A DNA stretch of 64,000 nucleotides from the human T2T-CHM13v2.0 reference genome, Homo sapiens (GCA_009914755.4 CP086569.2:4384001-4448000); one strand, 5' to 3'; shown: positions 29,201-43,449, counted from the first letter of the stretch. Numbers and translations: made by a program. Notes: generated by a model from the sequence alone, not told the origin.

Positions 29201-29429
29201 AGTCCACAAATAGCATTTTTAGGGTCCTTCAGGATTTCTGGTGGACAGGATTCAGGTCACTGAGAATATATGTGTGACAGATTTTTAGAAAGTTCTCAAT
29301 GAGGTTTATTATAGAAGAGAAAAACTAATTCAACCAGAAGAAAATATTTTCTTAAAATCAATTATTTGGGCTTTTTAAAAAGTTTCAGGAAAATCATTTA
29401 TGTGAACTGTATTTTTTTTTAACTTTTAT

Positions 29430-29580
29430 TTTAGATTCAGGGATATGTATGTAGATTTGTTATATGGATAAATTTCATGTCACAGGGGTTTGATTTACAA
29501 ATAATTTTGTCATCTAGGAAATAGGCATAGTACCTAATAGGTAGTCATTCAAGGATACAATGGGGGTAGAGGCATTGGGT
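29430..29580 (-). mobile_element. Short L1 3'-UTR fragment, minus orientation, old
   Basis: The sequence ttttagattcagggatatgtatgtagatttgttatatggataaatttcatgtcacaggggtttgatttacaaataattttgtcatctaggaaataggcatagtacctaataggtag resembles L1 3'-end antisense consensus. Confidence 0.55.
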
Positions 29581-30710
29581 AAATGATTCCACTCTATAAG
29601 GGAGAAATTGGCCAAAACAAAGGGGCTACAGGCCCCATGCATGTCCAAAACCAAGCAGGGTAGTCATTAAATTGTGAAGCTCCAAAATAATGCCCTTTGA
29701 CTCTATGTTCCCAAGCTAGGCCACACTGATGCAAGGGGTGGGCTCCCAAGACCTTGTGCAGCTCCACCCTCATGCAGAGGCACAGGGGCAGAGCTGCACA
29801 AGGCCTTGGGAGCCGACCCCTTGCATTAGTGTGGCCTGGATGTGAAACGTAGTCAAACATGGAACACAGGGTAGAAGACACTGCACTGGGCATGAGCTCT
29901 GAGATTGTACTCTGCAGGGTACAGCCCCCAAAGCTGTACCTTGCTTTCATGGGTCAGCATTGAGTGCCTGCAGCTTTTCCAGGTGCACACTGCAAGGTGT
30001 CAATGGAGCTACCATTCTGGGGTCTGGAGGATTGTGGCCTTCTTCTCACAGCTCCACTAAGCAATTACCAGGTGGGGACTCTGTGTGGAGACTCAAAACC
30101 GACATTTACCCTCGGTACTGTCCTGTTAGAGGTTCTCCATGAGGGTCCCTCCCCTGCAACAGACTTCTGCCTGGATATCCAGGCATTCCCATACATCCTC
30201 TAAACTGTAGGCTAAGGCTTCCATGGCTCATCTGTTAACATCTGTGCACCCGCAGGCTTAATACCACATTGAAGCTGCCAAGGCTTATGGCTTGTGCCCT
30301 CTGGAGCAGCAGCCTGAGACATATCTGGGGCCCTCTCAGCCATGGCTGGAGCTGGAGGGGCTAGGACAAAGGAAGAAGTGTCCCAAAGTTGCACAAGGTA
30401 TCAGGGCCCTGAGCCCAGCCCTCAAAACCATTCTTCCCTCCTAGGCCTCCAGGGCTGTGATGGGAGGGGCTGCTGTGAAGGTCTCCAAAATGCGTTTCAG
30501 GCATTTTCTCCATCATCTTGGCTATTAACATTGGGCTCCTCTTTACTTATGCAAATTTCTGCAGCCGGCTTGAATTCCTCCCCAGAAAAAGGTTTTTTAA
30601 AAATCTTTTCTGTCATATGGTCAGGCTGCAAATTTTCTAAACTTTTATATTCTGCTTTCCTTTTAAATATAAGTTGTGGTTTCAGGTCATATCTTTGCTC
30701 AAACATATGA

Positions 30711-31091
<381 letters not shown>

Positions 31092-31427
31092 TAAATCATT
31101 ACTCTCAGACTCAAACTTCCACAGATCTCTAGGGCAGGGGCACAATGCCTCCAACCTCTTTGCTAACACATAACAAGAGTGATCTTTACTCCAGTGTCCA
31201 ATAAGTTCCTCATCTCCATCTGAGATCTCCTCAGCCTGGACTTCGTTGTCTATATCACTGTCAGCAACCATACAACAAGTCTTTATAATGTTCTAAACAT
31301 TCCTTCATCTTTCTTTCTTCTTCTGGGCCATCCAAAGTGTTCCAAACTCTGTCCATTACCCACTTTCAAAGCTGCTTCCATGTGTTCAGGCATCTTTATA
31401 ACAGTATCCCACTCCTTGTACCAATTT

Positions 31428-31807
31428 TCCTTATTAGTCTCTTCTCCTATTGCTATAAACAGCTACCTTAGACTGGGTAATTTATAAAGAAAAGAGGTTT
31501 AATTGGCTCGTGGTTCCACAGGCTCTACAGGAAGCATGGCTGTGGAGGCCTCAGAAAAGTTACAATCATGGCAGAAGGTGAAGGCGAAGCAGGCACATCC
31601 TACATGGTTGGAGCAGGAGGAAGAGAGTGAAATGGGAGGTGCTACACACTTTTAAACAACCAGATCTCATGAGAACTAACTATCACAAGAACTGCAAGGG
31701 GGAAATCTGCCCCCCTGATCCCAGCACCTCCCACCAGGTTCCTTCTCCATTAGGAATTACTATTTGACATGAAATTTGGGTGAGGACACAAATCCAAACC
31801 ATATCAG
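31428..31807 (-). mobile_element. MaLR solo LTR (THE1/MST-type) in minus orientation
   Basis: The plus strand reads cttattagtc…gactgggtaatttataaagaaaagaggtttaattggctc…gaagcatggctgtggaggcctcagaaaagttacaatcatggcagaaggtgaaggcgaagcaggcacatcctacatgg…gctacacacttttaaacaaccagatctcatgagaact…aatttgggtgaggacacaaatccaaaccatatca. This is the reverse complement of the THE1/MST LTR consensus (tgatatggtttgg…cttctgccatgattgtgaggcctccccagccatg…aaattacccagtctc…ggactaataca). Confidence 0.8.
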
Positions 31808-32679
31808 GCACATGCAGCCAGGTGGCTAAGCACAAGATGTCAGCATCCAAGCAGGGTGAGAGCAGCGTGGTGGTCAGCCTGGTGTGGGATATTCAGGACT
31901 ATGCAGGATGAGGAGGATCTCCACATGGAGATATGAGTTGGGGCACAATCTCAGACTTGAGCATGACAATGAGGTTATATGTGCAGAGGAGTGGCTGAAG
32001 TTAAAGTCAGGAGATTAATTACATACAGGGGGACTGATCAAATGAGTAAATATACGAAGCATAATGTAAGCTAGGTTTTCCACTATCAGAATAAAAAGGA
32101 AATTCAAGTATGATAAAGTATAAAACTAGAATAAACCCAGTAGTATAGACTGGAATTTGAGATACAGTATGAGCTCATGGTTTTCGAAATATAGAGCTAT
32201 GAAAAGAAATACTACCATAAACTTTGGTTTGTTTTTGCGTATGCACTAATACATACATACCCTAGCTTATTTACTGAGAGGACAGGCTTTGGAGCAGCAA
32301 CATCATAATCTCAAAGAGCAAATATAGTGCTCAGATCCTGACTTATAAATACTACTTTGTAATAAAAGGAACCAGAACTGGTTAAAGACATGACTGATTC
32401 CAGGGCTGAAGAAGAAAAATATATGATTTTGATAGTTGTATTGTAGTTATATCAAGAATGTCCTTGTTCATAAGTAATAGACGTTAAACTGGTATTAGAA
32501 AGGTGATGAAAATCATGTTGTTAACCTACTTTCAAATGCTTTGGCATAAACTATTCCCTGAACCATACTTATAACTTTTTCTATAAATTTGTGAATTTCT
32601 TCAAATTTTTAAAAAGTGTATATCATTAAAAAATAATTTTTGCAAATTAAGATGAAGAGATACGCACCTCAATCAATAG

Positions 32680-32760
32680 TTTATCTACCGCAATTCTTAA
32701 GTAAACATAGCTCTCATCATTTATCCACCGCAATTCTTAAGTAAAAGTAGCTCTCATCAT
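32680..32760. repeat. Tandem duplication of 2 copies of a roughly 40-bp unit, ttatcYaccgcaattcttaagtaaaMRtagctctcatcat
   Basis: The two copies are directly visible and differ at 3 positions. Confidence 0.9.
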
Positions 32761-32811
32761 TTAGCTTTCACTTATAAGTGAGAACATGTGGTATTTGGTT
32801 TCCTGTTCTTG
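32761..32811 (-). mobile_element. Tiny L1 3'-UTR fragment, minus orientation
   Basis: The sequence ttagctttcacttataagtgagaacatgtggtatttggtttcctgttcttg is the antisense form of the conserved L1 3'UTR block. Confidence 0.8.
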
Positions 32812-34022
32812 AAAATTTTTGGAAGAAAATTGTACATGATGGAATTTTATTTTATTACTAAGAAATTGAATAACTGGCACTTTTTTTCTATTTTATTATT
32901 TGCTTCCTTTCGTTAGTTTTGTTCTTTATACCACATATGCAGTTAAATAAACATTCTTAAAGGTCTACATTTCAAATCTATTCTTTTTTATTTCTGAAAA
33001 AGTTACTTACTGAAGAGGTATTTTTATACACAAAGTTGATTAATAAGTTGAAATAATTGTTCTGGCATTAAAAATCATTACAATATATTTCTTTCGATGA
33101 TTTCTGTGTACTTTCAAGTACCGAACAAAATTCATGAAAGCGCGTGCACACACCCACACACGCACATGCAGATGGTAGTAAAAGCAGTAAAAATGGTAAG
33201 CCCAGGCTTGAAACCACTGTTAGTTATGAGAGTAAGTATATTCTATTACTGTAATTTAACAGGTCTGTATTAACTAACTCCATAATATTCAAATTCTTCA
33301 ATTTCTTTTCTAGATAACCCAGAACATAATGGAAATTTTTCTTATGTAGTAACATGGTGAAAATTACAACATTAGCTGGTTTGTGAACATAAGGAGGTTT
33401 ATGAAATAAAAAAGTCTAGTAAATTTCTGTAGCTAGCAAACACTCTAAACTGTGAAAGAAAATGGAATCTCAGGGCCTCTAATTCACTATGCAAAAGGAA
33501 GTGAAGCTTAGGAACTGAGTCACACAGTATTTGTTTCCTTTTGTTTTCAACTGTATAGCTGTAATTTCAAAACCTTCATCCATAAGCCAGGTTCTCACAA
33601 TGATGGAAGGCCATATATCTCCTTGGATGGCCTCGCTCACAAATTTCTGACAGTGGAATTCCTTGTGAGCCCCTAAGTCTATCAGGATATATATCTCCCC
33701 TATAAAGTAGCCCTAAAACCAAGCTCCATTGAATCTCTCCCCGACAATATTAATAACCAGCTTATCCTCACAGGTACAGGACAAGGACAAGACCAGAAAT
33801 CATCCCTCTGCATATTCTGAGACTAATGCACAGTTAGTTGGCTTTTTCTCTAATTTCTCCTTTCATATTTATTTTATGTAAAATTGAGATTTACCAATTG
33901 GGACAGGGATGCATAACTGACTTTTTCTTCTCTACTCTCTTTTTATATGTAAAATGTAGATTTACTGAGCACTAATTGGAGGCACAAAAGAACGTAACCA
34001 TTTGCAAAGGACACGATGTTGT

Positions 34023-34077
34023 TTTCTATGGCTGCATAGTATTTTATGGTGCATATGTACCACATTTTCTTTAGATT
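34023..34077 (-). mobile_element. Short L1 3' fragment, minus orientation
   Basis: The sequence ttttctatggctgcatagtattttatggtgcatatgtaccacattttctttag is visible. Confidence 0.75.
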
Positions 34078-34118
34078 GAGACTATTATCCTTAGCAAATT
34101 CAGGAGGAACGGAAAAAC

Positions 34119-34370
34119 AAATGCCACATGTTCTCACTTGTAAGTGGGAGCTAAATGATGAGAACATAAGAACACGTAGAGGGGAACAACACACACTGGG
34201 GTCTTTTGGAAGGTGGAGTGTGGGAGGAGGGAGAGGATCATGAAAAATAACTAATGGGTACTAGGCTGAATACCTGGGTGATGAAATAACCTGTAACACA
34301 AACCCCCGTAACATGAGTTTACCTGTGTAACAAACCTGCACATATACCCCTGAAGTTAAAATACAAGTTT
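34119..34370 (+). mobile_element. L1 3'-end fragment, plus orientation, of the terminal roughly 250 bp
   Basis: The sequence aaatgccacatgttctcacttgtaagtgggagctaaatgatgagaacataagaacac…gggtactaggctgaatacctgggtgatgaaataacctgtaacacaaacccccgtaacatgagtttacctgtgtaacaaacctgcacatatacccctgaagttaaaatacaag is the sense form of the L1 3' terminus. Confidence 0.85.
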
Positions 34371-34761
34371 TCCCTTACTGCCTACACTCTCTTCCTTTCT
34401 TTCCTCCTGTTTGCTCTTGCCTCTTTAAATATTGAAATTCCCAAAACCCTCTTTGGAAAAAAGCACAGGACACAGACACTCCTGTCCCTTCTGTTTTGCT
34501 GGGCACATCCTGAAACTTCGGGTACATAAAACTCTACCAATTGAGGCACCAGTCTCAGTCACTTTTTGGTTAATAAAATCTAACTGACATTTTCTTCTTC
34601 TTACTGAAATAACACCTGTAAGCCTCCACATTTGGAAATGAAGAACTGTCATTCTAATTTGTGTTCAGAACATGCAAGCTAGAGCTTTTTTAAAAGATTA
34701 ACTTATACTATTATATCATGGAGCATATACAGAGAATATTGTAAACCTTTAATTAAAATAT

Positions 34762-35047
34762 ATATATTTTTAGATAGAGTCTTTCTCTGTCCCCCAGGCT
34801 GGAGTGCATTGATACCATCTCGGCTCACTGCAACCTCTGCCTCCTGGGTTCAAGCAATTCTCCTGCCTCAGCCTGAGTAGCTGGGATTACAGGCGTGCAC
34901 CACCACGCTCGGCTAATTTTTGCATTTTTGGTACAGGCGGGGTTTCACCATGCTTGCCAGGCATGTCTCGAACTCCTGACCTCATGATCCATCCACCTCT
35001 GCCTCCCAAAGTGCTGGGATTACAGGCATGAGCCATCACTCCTGGCC
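34762..35047 (-). mobile_element. Alu (AluS/J-type) in minus orientation. The 12-bp TSD taattaaaatat lies at 34750-34761 and 35048-35059.
   Basis: The sequence tttttagatagagtctttctctgtcccccaggctggagtgcattgatacc…ggtttcaccatgcttgccaggcatgtctcgaactcctgacctcatgatccatccacc…ggcatgagccatcactcctggcc is visible, with perfect flanking direct repeats. Confidence 0.93.
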
Positions 35048-38000
35048 TAATTAAAATATCTTAACAGAAAGTATTAAATATGTTTAAAAACAGAAGCAGA
35101 AAATTCATGAATCAGAGTGTAGAGGATAGGGTCTGTAAATAGTTATGACAAAGCAAGTAGAAAGAATCAACATAATTTTTTTAAAAATTGAAAACATAAA
35201 ATTACCATTACAAACAAAAGTTTTGCCAATAACTAGAAGATTAAAATTCGCTTTTCTAAGCATCATTGTGCCCTGTGTGAGCTAAATACGAAATCTTTCC
35301 ATTTTCAAGAGAGTACTTAGATTCAGAGTTCTGTTGGAACTATTCTTGGCTACGTTGAAATGAATTGACTATCTCATTAGGACCATGCAAACCTAATAAC
35401 AACAATTAAAGTTGAAAGAATGTATCAACTTGTCTTAAGATTCACTTATTTGTTAACTATTCAATGGCCCAGAATGTACATTCTTTTGGGAAACAAATTT
35501 TGTGCTTTTCTTTAATGTGTCAAGCCCTGTGTTTGGAAGTTTACATGCAATATCAGATTCACTTTTCACAATAACCTTGTGAGAGAAGAATTACTACTTC
35601 TATTTCGTATCTGTGTAATTGAGGGGTTAGATAACTCACGATCTTATAGTAAAGGAGAATCCTAGGACTGGCTGGCACTGAATGCTATATACTCTTTTCA
35701 TTAGACTCCTTGTACAGATAGATGCAATGCAGTTAGGATGAAAGTTATTTTGTACTAATCATAAACTTCTAATGGAACAGTAGTTTGGTAAAACCATTTC
35801 TAGCAATTACAAAATGACAATTTTATCAAGAAGTGCAGAATAAGGATTGAAGTGGCAATGTTAAATGAAAACAACAACAAAAAAATCTCTGTTCTTCAAA
35901 TAATACTTGCAAATGACCATTCCCAAGCTCCTAGCACAGTGCATCTGGTGCACAGCGGGCACTCAATACTTATTTTCTTTTCTTCTTTTTCAAATTAGGA
36001 TATAAATTTAAATAGCATTCTGTGCTTTGTAAATCATAACACTTCTTTGAGAATGAAAAAATGTATTCTAATTCACTGATTTCAATAGATCTTAATTTTG
36101 TACACTTACTCTATTCTTTGGGCTCTTTTAAGATTCTGAGCTCTATTATAAAAAATTGTCAAATGACTTGAGACTAGGTGAATGATAAGGTGTAAGAGAG
36201 GGTGTAAGAAGACAAAAGGAAAAGGAAACTGTAATACCGTGATTTCAGGTTTCAGAAATAGAGAATATAATTATAAATTATTCAAACAAAGAAAAAATAC
36301 ATAATTATAAAGTATTCAAGAAATAAAATTTTACAAAACAACATCAAAAAGATATGTATATGTTAAATGTTAAAAACTTTTTAATGATAATCTGTAGTTT
36401 AATAATACATGCAGAGGGAGGACAAAATGGCCAGCTAGACACAGCCAGGAAGCACCACTCTCATCAAGAGAGGCCAAGAATTATAGTAAACCTACATAAT
36501 TTAGATACATCTTTAGAGAGAAAATGTTAAGTGGATAGTAATGTGACACAGATGATAAGGCTGAGGAAGGAGGAGGCTAGGAACCATTTGCAGGGTACCA
36601 GAACACTGCGGCTAGCTCCTGGCCCTGAACACCTCCTGGGAAATGTGTGAGCGAAGGAACTGTGGTATCCTGTTTACAAAGGGGCCCACATCTGCCATTA
36701 ATGTTTGAGCTTACAGGGGGATCTGCTTGGAGAGTAGCAGAGGCAGGGCTTCAGTCAGCACAGAGCCAGAGGTCTTTGTCCACTGTGCAGGCTGCAGCAG
36801 AGTGTGGCTATAGCACCTGTCCCCCAGGTTTTCCCATCTCTGTCCAAGAAGCTCTAGCCCCAGCTGACCCTGAACCAGGAGAAAGCAGGGCCAACTTTGC
36901 TGCAGGACTGGGGCATGTCTGCACTGCATATTCTCCTGCTTGCCAGCCTTTCCCAGTGCCCCTGCCTGGCCACCCCACAGGAATGTGTGGATAGTGTGGC
37001 TTCCACTGCCCAGCCTGGGTGCTGTGCTTCACCCAATTATCTTCCCTGTAGCCTGGGAACACTTTGGATTCCCCAGCACACCTGGTACCTGACTCTGTTG
37101 GTACAGAGGATAGAGCTGAGAGCCAGTCCTGGCACCCTAGGGTTGCAGTGAGCAGCTCAGGAGAGCTGAGCCAAGATCTGTGGCTGGCACTTGAATGGGA
37201 GAGGAGCCCACACTCACAGAGCACTGAGAGGGTGAGATGCATGTGTTCATGGACTGGAGCAGGAGTGGGGCATGCCTCCCTCTGCAGGGTCACCCCAGAA
37301 AGGATGTGGCCAATCTCCCTGTCATGACCTCTGCCCAGGGAGCCTTGCAGCCCAGAACCAAACAAAAAAAAATGTGGAGGCAGTGTCAGCAACAGTATGG
37401 GGCACCCTCAAGGCCCAGGAGCAGGCTTGATGAAGGAGTCACCTTTCCCCACTGCACCACAGAGCATGTCTTGCAAATGCAATGAATATCAAGAAGCTAT
37501 GCAGCTAAGTTTATATAGTGCCCATTACTCTTAAGTGCCATCTGCTGGACCACAGCCCAAACTACAAAACCAAAATATTATGCTAATCACTGCCCTGTGA
37601 AACCTAGAACAAGAATTCTGCCAAAAATCAAGACCCTGTACAGATTCTTGGCCCTCCAAAAAATCCAAAAATGAAGCCAACTTACTATAGACAATTTACA
37701 CCACACTTGAAAGAACACTAACCCTTCCACATGAGAGTCAGTGCAAGAACTCTCACAATTTAAATAGCCAAAGTGTTCTCTTACCTGCAAACAAGTCCAC
37801 TAGTTCCACAGCAATGGTTCATAACCAGTTCGAAATAACTGAAATGATAGACATATAATTCAGAATCTTGATTGCAAAAAAGCTCAACAAGATTCAGGAA
37901 GAAGTTGAAACCCAATCCAAGAAATTCAGTAAAATCATACAAGAGCTGAAAGATGAAATAGCCATTTTAAGAAAGAACCAAACTAAACTGCTAGAGCTGA

Positions 38001-38783
38001 AATTCACTACAAGGATTTTATAACACAATCAGAAGTATTAACAGCAGAATAAATGAGGCTGAGGAAAGAATCTGAAAGCTTGAAGCATGGTTCTTTTAAT
38101 TAATTAAATTTTTAAAAAAGAATTGTAAAAGATGAACAAAACTTTTGAGAAATATGGGATTATTTAAAGAGACAAAATCTGACTCATTGATATTCCTAAG
38201 AAAGAAGGAGAGAGAATAAGTAAATTGGAAATTATACTTGAGGATATAGTTCACAAAATTGTTTCTAATTTCACTAGAGAGATTGACATGCAAATTCAAG
38301 AAACACAGAGAACCCAAGCTAGATACTAACCATAACACTATCCTCAAGGCACATAGTCATCAGATTCACCAAGGTCAATACACACATAAAAATCTTACAG
38401 TCAGCTAGAAATAAGGGTCAAGTCACATACAGAGGGAACCCCATAAGGCAAGCAGCAGACCTTCCATAAAAAAATCTTAAAAACTAAGAGACATTGTGGG
38501 ACTATTTTCAGCATCCTTAAAGAAGATAAATTGCAACCAAGAATTTCATTTCCCACAAAAATGAGCTTCATAAGTGAAGGAGAAATGTAATCCTTCTCAG
38601 ACAAGCAAACACTGAGGGAATTATTTCAACTAGACAAGCCTTACAAGAGGTCCTGAGGAAATGCTATATATGGAATTGAAATAACAACACCCACTACCAC
38701 AAAAACACACTTAAGGGTATAGCCCATAGTCACTCTAAAGCAACTACACAGTCAAGTCTACACAACAAGCAACTAAGAGCACA

Positions 38784-41541
38784 ATGACAGAATCAAAATT
38801 ACACATCAATGCTAACCATGAATGTAAATGGACTAAACACCCCACTTAAAAGACACAAAGTGGCAAGCTGGATAAAAAGACAAGGCTCAACCATCTTTTG
38901 CCTTCAAGAGACCCATCTCACATGTTATAGCACACACAGCCTCAATGTAAAGGGATGGAAGAAAGATCTACTATACAAATGGAAAATAAGAGCAAGAGTA
39001 ATTATTTTTATATCAGATAAAATACTTCAAGCCAATAAAATTAAGAACAGAAAAGGGCATTACAAAATGATAAAGGGCGAAATCAAACAGAAGACTTAAG
39101 TATCCTAAATATATACACATCCAAGTGAAAAGACTTAGACAACCACACAATAATAGTGGGAGACTTCAACACCCCACTAACAGGATTTGAGAGACCATTG
39201 AGGTAGAAAATTCACAAAGAAACTTGGGGCTTAAACTTGATCCTGACCAACTGGACATAATAGACATCACCAGAACACTCCATCTGACAGCCACAGAAAA
39301 TATCTTCTTCTTATCTGCACATGGACCATATTGTAAAAGAAACTACATGCATAGTCATAAAGCAAGTCTCTATAAATTCAAAAACTTAAAATCATATCAA
39401 GCCCACCTGCAGAGCACAGTACAATAAAAATAAAAATTCATATAAAGAAGTTATCTCAAAACCACACAAATACATGGAAACTAAACAACTTGCTCCAGAA
39501 TAACTCCTGGGTAAACATGAAATTTAAGGTAAAAATAAAAAAAATTCTTTGAAATTAATGAAAATAGGAACAAAATGTGCCAAAACCTCTGGGATGCAGC
39601 TAAAGCAGTGTTTAGAGGAAACTTTATAATGCTAAACACCAGCATCAAGAAGTTATAAATATCTCAAATTTACAGTCTAACATTTCACATAAAGGAACCA
39701 GAAAAAAAACCCCAAAGCTAGAATATGAAAGGAATAATTAAAATTAGAGAAGTTAATGAAATTGAGATGCAAAAATTCATAAAAAGATCAACCAAATGAA
39801 GAGCAGTTTCTTTAAAAATAATAAACAAAATTGATAGACTGCTAGTTAGACTAACAAAAAAATCAAAACAGAATATCCAAATAAGTACAATCAGAAAAGA
39901 CAAAGATAACATTACACATGATCCCAGAGAAACACAATGACTCCTCAAAGACAATAATAAACAACATTGTATATACAAATTAGAAAGTCTAGAGGAAATG
40001 AAATTCCTGAAAATACACAATCTCCAAATATTGAAGCAAGAAGAGATTGAAACCTTGAATAGACCAATATTGATCTCTGAAATTAAACCAGTAATAAAAA
40101 ATCTAGCAACCAATAAAACCCCTGGACCAGATGTATTCACAGCAGAATTCTACCAGACATACAAAGAACTGGTATGAATTCTACTGACACTACTCCAAAA
40201 AACAAACAAACAAACAAACAAAATCACAGAGGAGATGCTACTTCCTATCTTATTTTGTATGAAGCTAGCATCAGACAGATACCAAAATCTTGCAGAGACA
40301 CAACAACAAAAAAATTACAGGCCAGTATCAATTACAAAGACAGATATTAAAGTCCTCCACAAAATACTAGAAAACCAAATCTAGCAGTATATTAAAAAGT
40401 TAATTCACCACAATCAAGTAAGCTTTATTCCTGGGATGCAAAGCTGGTTCAACATACACAAATCAATAAATGTGATTTGCTATATAAATAGAATTAAAAA
40501 GAAAAACTATATGATTATCTAAATGGGTTCTGAAAAAGCTTTTTATAAAATCCAACATCCCTTCATGAAGAAAACCCTCAACCAACTAGGCATCAAAGCA
40601 ACATACCAGAAAAGAAGTACCATCTATGACAAATCTACAGCCAACATCATACTGAATGGGCAAAAGCTCAAACCATTTCCCTTGAGAACTGGAAAAAGAC
40701 AAGGATACTCACTCTCATCACTCCTACCCAACATAGTTCAGGAAGTCCTAGCCAGAGCAATCAGGCAAGAGAAAGAAATAAAAAGCATCAAAATATGAAA
40801 GAAAGAAGTAAAACTACCTGTCCTCACTGATAATATGATTCTATATGTAGTCCTAAAGATTCTGCCAGAAGGCTCCTAGAAATGATAAGTGACTTTAGTG
40901 AAGTTTCAGGATACAAAATCATGTATAAAAATTAATAGCATTTCTATACATCACCAACATCCAAGCTGAAAACCAAAGCAAGAACAGAATCCCATTCACA
41001 GTAGCCCCCTATCATACACACACACACACATAAACACCTAGGGTTACAGCTAACCAGGAAGGAGAAAGATATCTACAGGGAGAATTACAAAACCCTGGTT
41101 AAAGACATCAGAGATGATACTAATGAATGGAAAATAATTTGATGCACATGAATTGGAAGAATCAATATTACCGAAGTGGTCATACTGCCCAAAGCAATTT
41201 TCAGATTCTATGCTATTCATATGAAACTCTCAAAGTCATTCTTCAGAGAATTAGAAAACATATTCTAAATTCACATGGAACAAAAAAAACCCCAGTAACC
41301 AAACAATCCTAAGCAAAAATAACAAAGCCAGAGACATCACACTACTAACTCCAAATTGTATTATGGGGTTACAGTAACCAAAACAGCAAGATACTGGGAC
41401 AAAAAGAGACACATAGACCAATGGAACAGAATAGAACACTCAGAAGTAAAGCTTCACACTCAAAATCACCTGATTTTCAACAAGACCAATAGAAACAGGC
41501 AATGGGAATGGACTCCCTATTCAATAAGTAATCTTGGATAA
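38784..41541 (+). pseudogene. L1 ORF2 (EN-RT) remnant, multiply frameshifted
   Basis: It is a chain of short ORFs with L1 ORF2 peptides: MLTMNVNGLNTPLKRHKVASWIKRQ…CLQETHL; …[24 protein letters not shown]…. Confidence 0.8.
40197..40224. repeat. (AAAC)7 microsatellite inside L1
   Basis: The sequence aaacaaacaaacaaacaaacaaacaaaa is visible. Confidence 0.9.
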
Positions 41542-42692
41542 CTGCCAGCCACATGCAGAACAATACAATCAGAATCCTACTTTTTACCATATAGAAAAAT
41601 TAACTCAGGATGAAGTAAATATTTAAATGTAAAACCTCAAACTATCAAAATCCTAGAAGAAAACCTAGGAAATACCCTTCCTGACATCAACTTTGGCAAA
41701 TGATTTTTGGCTAAGTCCCCAAAATCAACTTCGACAAAAACAAAAATAGACAAGTGGGACCTAATTTAATGAAAGAGCTTCTTCATAGCAAAAGAAATAA
41801 TCAACTGAGTAAACAGGCAACCTAAAGAATGAGAGAAATTATTCACAATCTATGCATATGACAAAGGTTTAATATCCAGAGTTTATAAGAAACTTAAACA
41901 AATCAACAAGCAAAAAATAATAATAATAAGCTCATTTAAAAAATGGGCATAGTATATTAACACTTCTCAAAAGAAGACATAGAAGTGGTGAAAAGCAATT
42001 GCAACAAAAGCAAAAATTAACAAGTAGGATCTCATTAAACTAAAGAGCTTCTGCAGAGCAAAGAAAACTATCAACAGAGTGAACAGACAATCTAGAGAAC
42101 GGAAGAAAATTTTTTCAAACTATGCATCTGAGAAGGGTCTAATATCCAGCATCTTTAAGGAACTTAAACAAATTTACAAGAAAAAACAACCCCAATAAAA
42201 AGTGAACAAAGGATATTAACAGAAACTTTTCAAAAGAAGATATACATGCAGCCAACAATCATATGAAAAAAAGAGCTCAACATTACTGATCATTAGAGAA
42301 ATGCAAATTAAAACCACAGTGAGACATCACCTCACACCAGTCAGAATGGCCATTACTAAAATGTCAAAAAATAACAGATGCTGGTAACGTTGTGGAGAAA
42401 AAGGAACACTTATATACTGTTGGCAGGAGTATAAATTAGTTCAACCATTGTGGAAGACAGTGTGGTGGTTCCTCAATGACCTGAAAACAGAAACACCATT
42501 TGACCCCGCAATCCCATTCCTGGGTATGTACCCAAAGGAATATAAATCATTCTATTGTAAAGACACATGCAAGCATATGTTCATTGCAACATCATTTGTA
42601 ATAGCAAATATATGGAATTAAGCTGAATGTCCATTAATGGTAGACAGGATAAAGAAAATGTGGTAGATATACACCATGGGATACTATGCAGC

Positions 42693-42711
42693 TATATATA
42701 TATATATATAC
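42693..42711. repeat. (TA)9 at the junction between two L1 3' fragments
   Basis: The sequence tatatatatatatatatat is visible. Confidence 0.85.
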
Positions 42712-43449
42712 TCATCAGAAGAAATGCAAATCAAAACCACAATGAGATACCATCTCACACCAGTCAGTATGGCTATTATTAAAAGGTCAAAAAGCAACAG
42801 ATGCCGGTGAGACTGCAGAGGAAAGAAACACTTAGATACTGTTGGGGAGAATGTAAACTAGTTCATCCCTTGTGTAAATCAGTTTGGAGTTTCTCAAAGA
42901 ACTTAAAATGGAGCTCTTATTTATCCTAGCAATTTAATTGCTGAGTATATAAACAAAGGAAAAAAATCATTCTACAAAAAGGACATGCACACGTATGTTT
43001 ATTACCATGCTATTCACAATAGCTAAGACAAGGAATCAACCTAGGTACTAATCAGTGGTGGATTGAATAAAGAAAATATGACGCCTATACATGGTGAAAC
43101 ACTATGCAGCCACAAAAAAGAACAAAATCATGTTCTCTGCAGCAATATGAATGCAGCCGGAGGCCATTATTCTAAGCTATTTAATGCAATAATGGAAAAC
43201 CAAATGCCCCATGTTCTCACTTACAAGTTGGAGCTAATCATTGAGCACACATGGACATAAACATGGGAATAATAGACACTTTGGACTTCTAGAGAGGGGA
43301 GGGAGGGATGTGTGGCTGCAGATCTATCTATTGGGTATGTTTTTCACTACCTGGATGACAAGATACATACCCCAAAACTTAGCATCATGCAATATACCTA
43401 TGTAACAAACCAGCACACCTATCCCTTGTATATAAAATAGAAGATGAAG

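Larger units (their letters stand above)
36411..43449 (+). mobile_element. Old L1 (L1PB/L1MA-like) in plus orientation with a recognisable 5' terminus. The 5'UTR is at about 36411-37830, the ORF1 remnant at about 37850-38600, the ORF2 remnant from 38784, and a 3' end at about 43449. The 3' third (about 41700-43449) contains overlapping fragments of more diverged L1 copies rather than one clean ORF2.
   Basis: The 5' end agagggaggacaaaatggccagctagacacagcc resembles the L1 5' terminus (gggaggaggagccaagatggccgaataggaacagctcc). The ORF1 end and ORF2 start read gaatttcatttcccacaaaaatgagcttcataagtgaaggagaaatgtaatccttctcagacaagcaaacactgag … acaatgacagaatcaaaattacacatcaatgctaaccatgaatgtaaatggactaaacacc. 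The plus-strand ORFs 38809..39099, 39224..39427 and 40523..40798 give EN and RT peptides (…[28 protein letters not shown]…). Segments corresponding to L1 positions about 4950-5150 and about 5330-5800 each occur twice at roughly 25% mutual divergence. Confidence 0.75.

Noticed and set aside
36808-37392. Longest ORF in the window (194 aa, minus strand) plus several overlapping 70-115 aa ORFs on both strands at 36647-37485
   Set aside because: It lies in the GC-rich 5'UTR of the old L1 that begins at 36411. The overlapping ORFs on both strands and the proline/glycine/serine-rich low-complexity peptides are composition artefacts, and I recognise no protein family.
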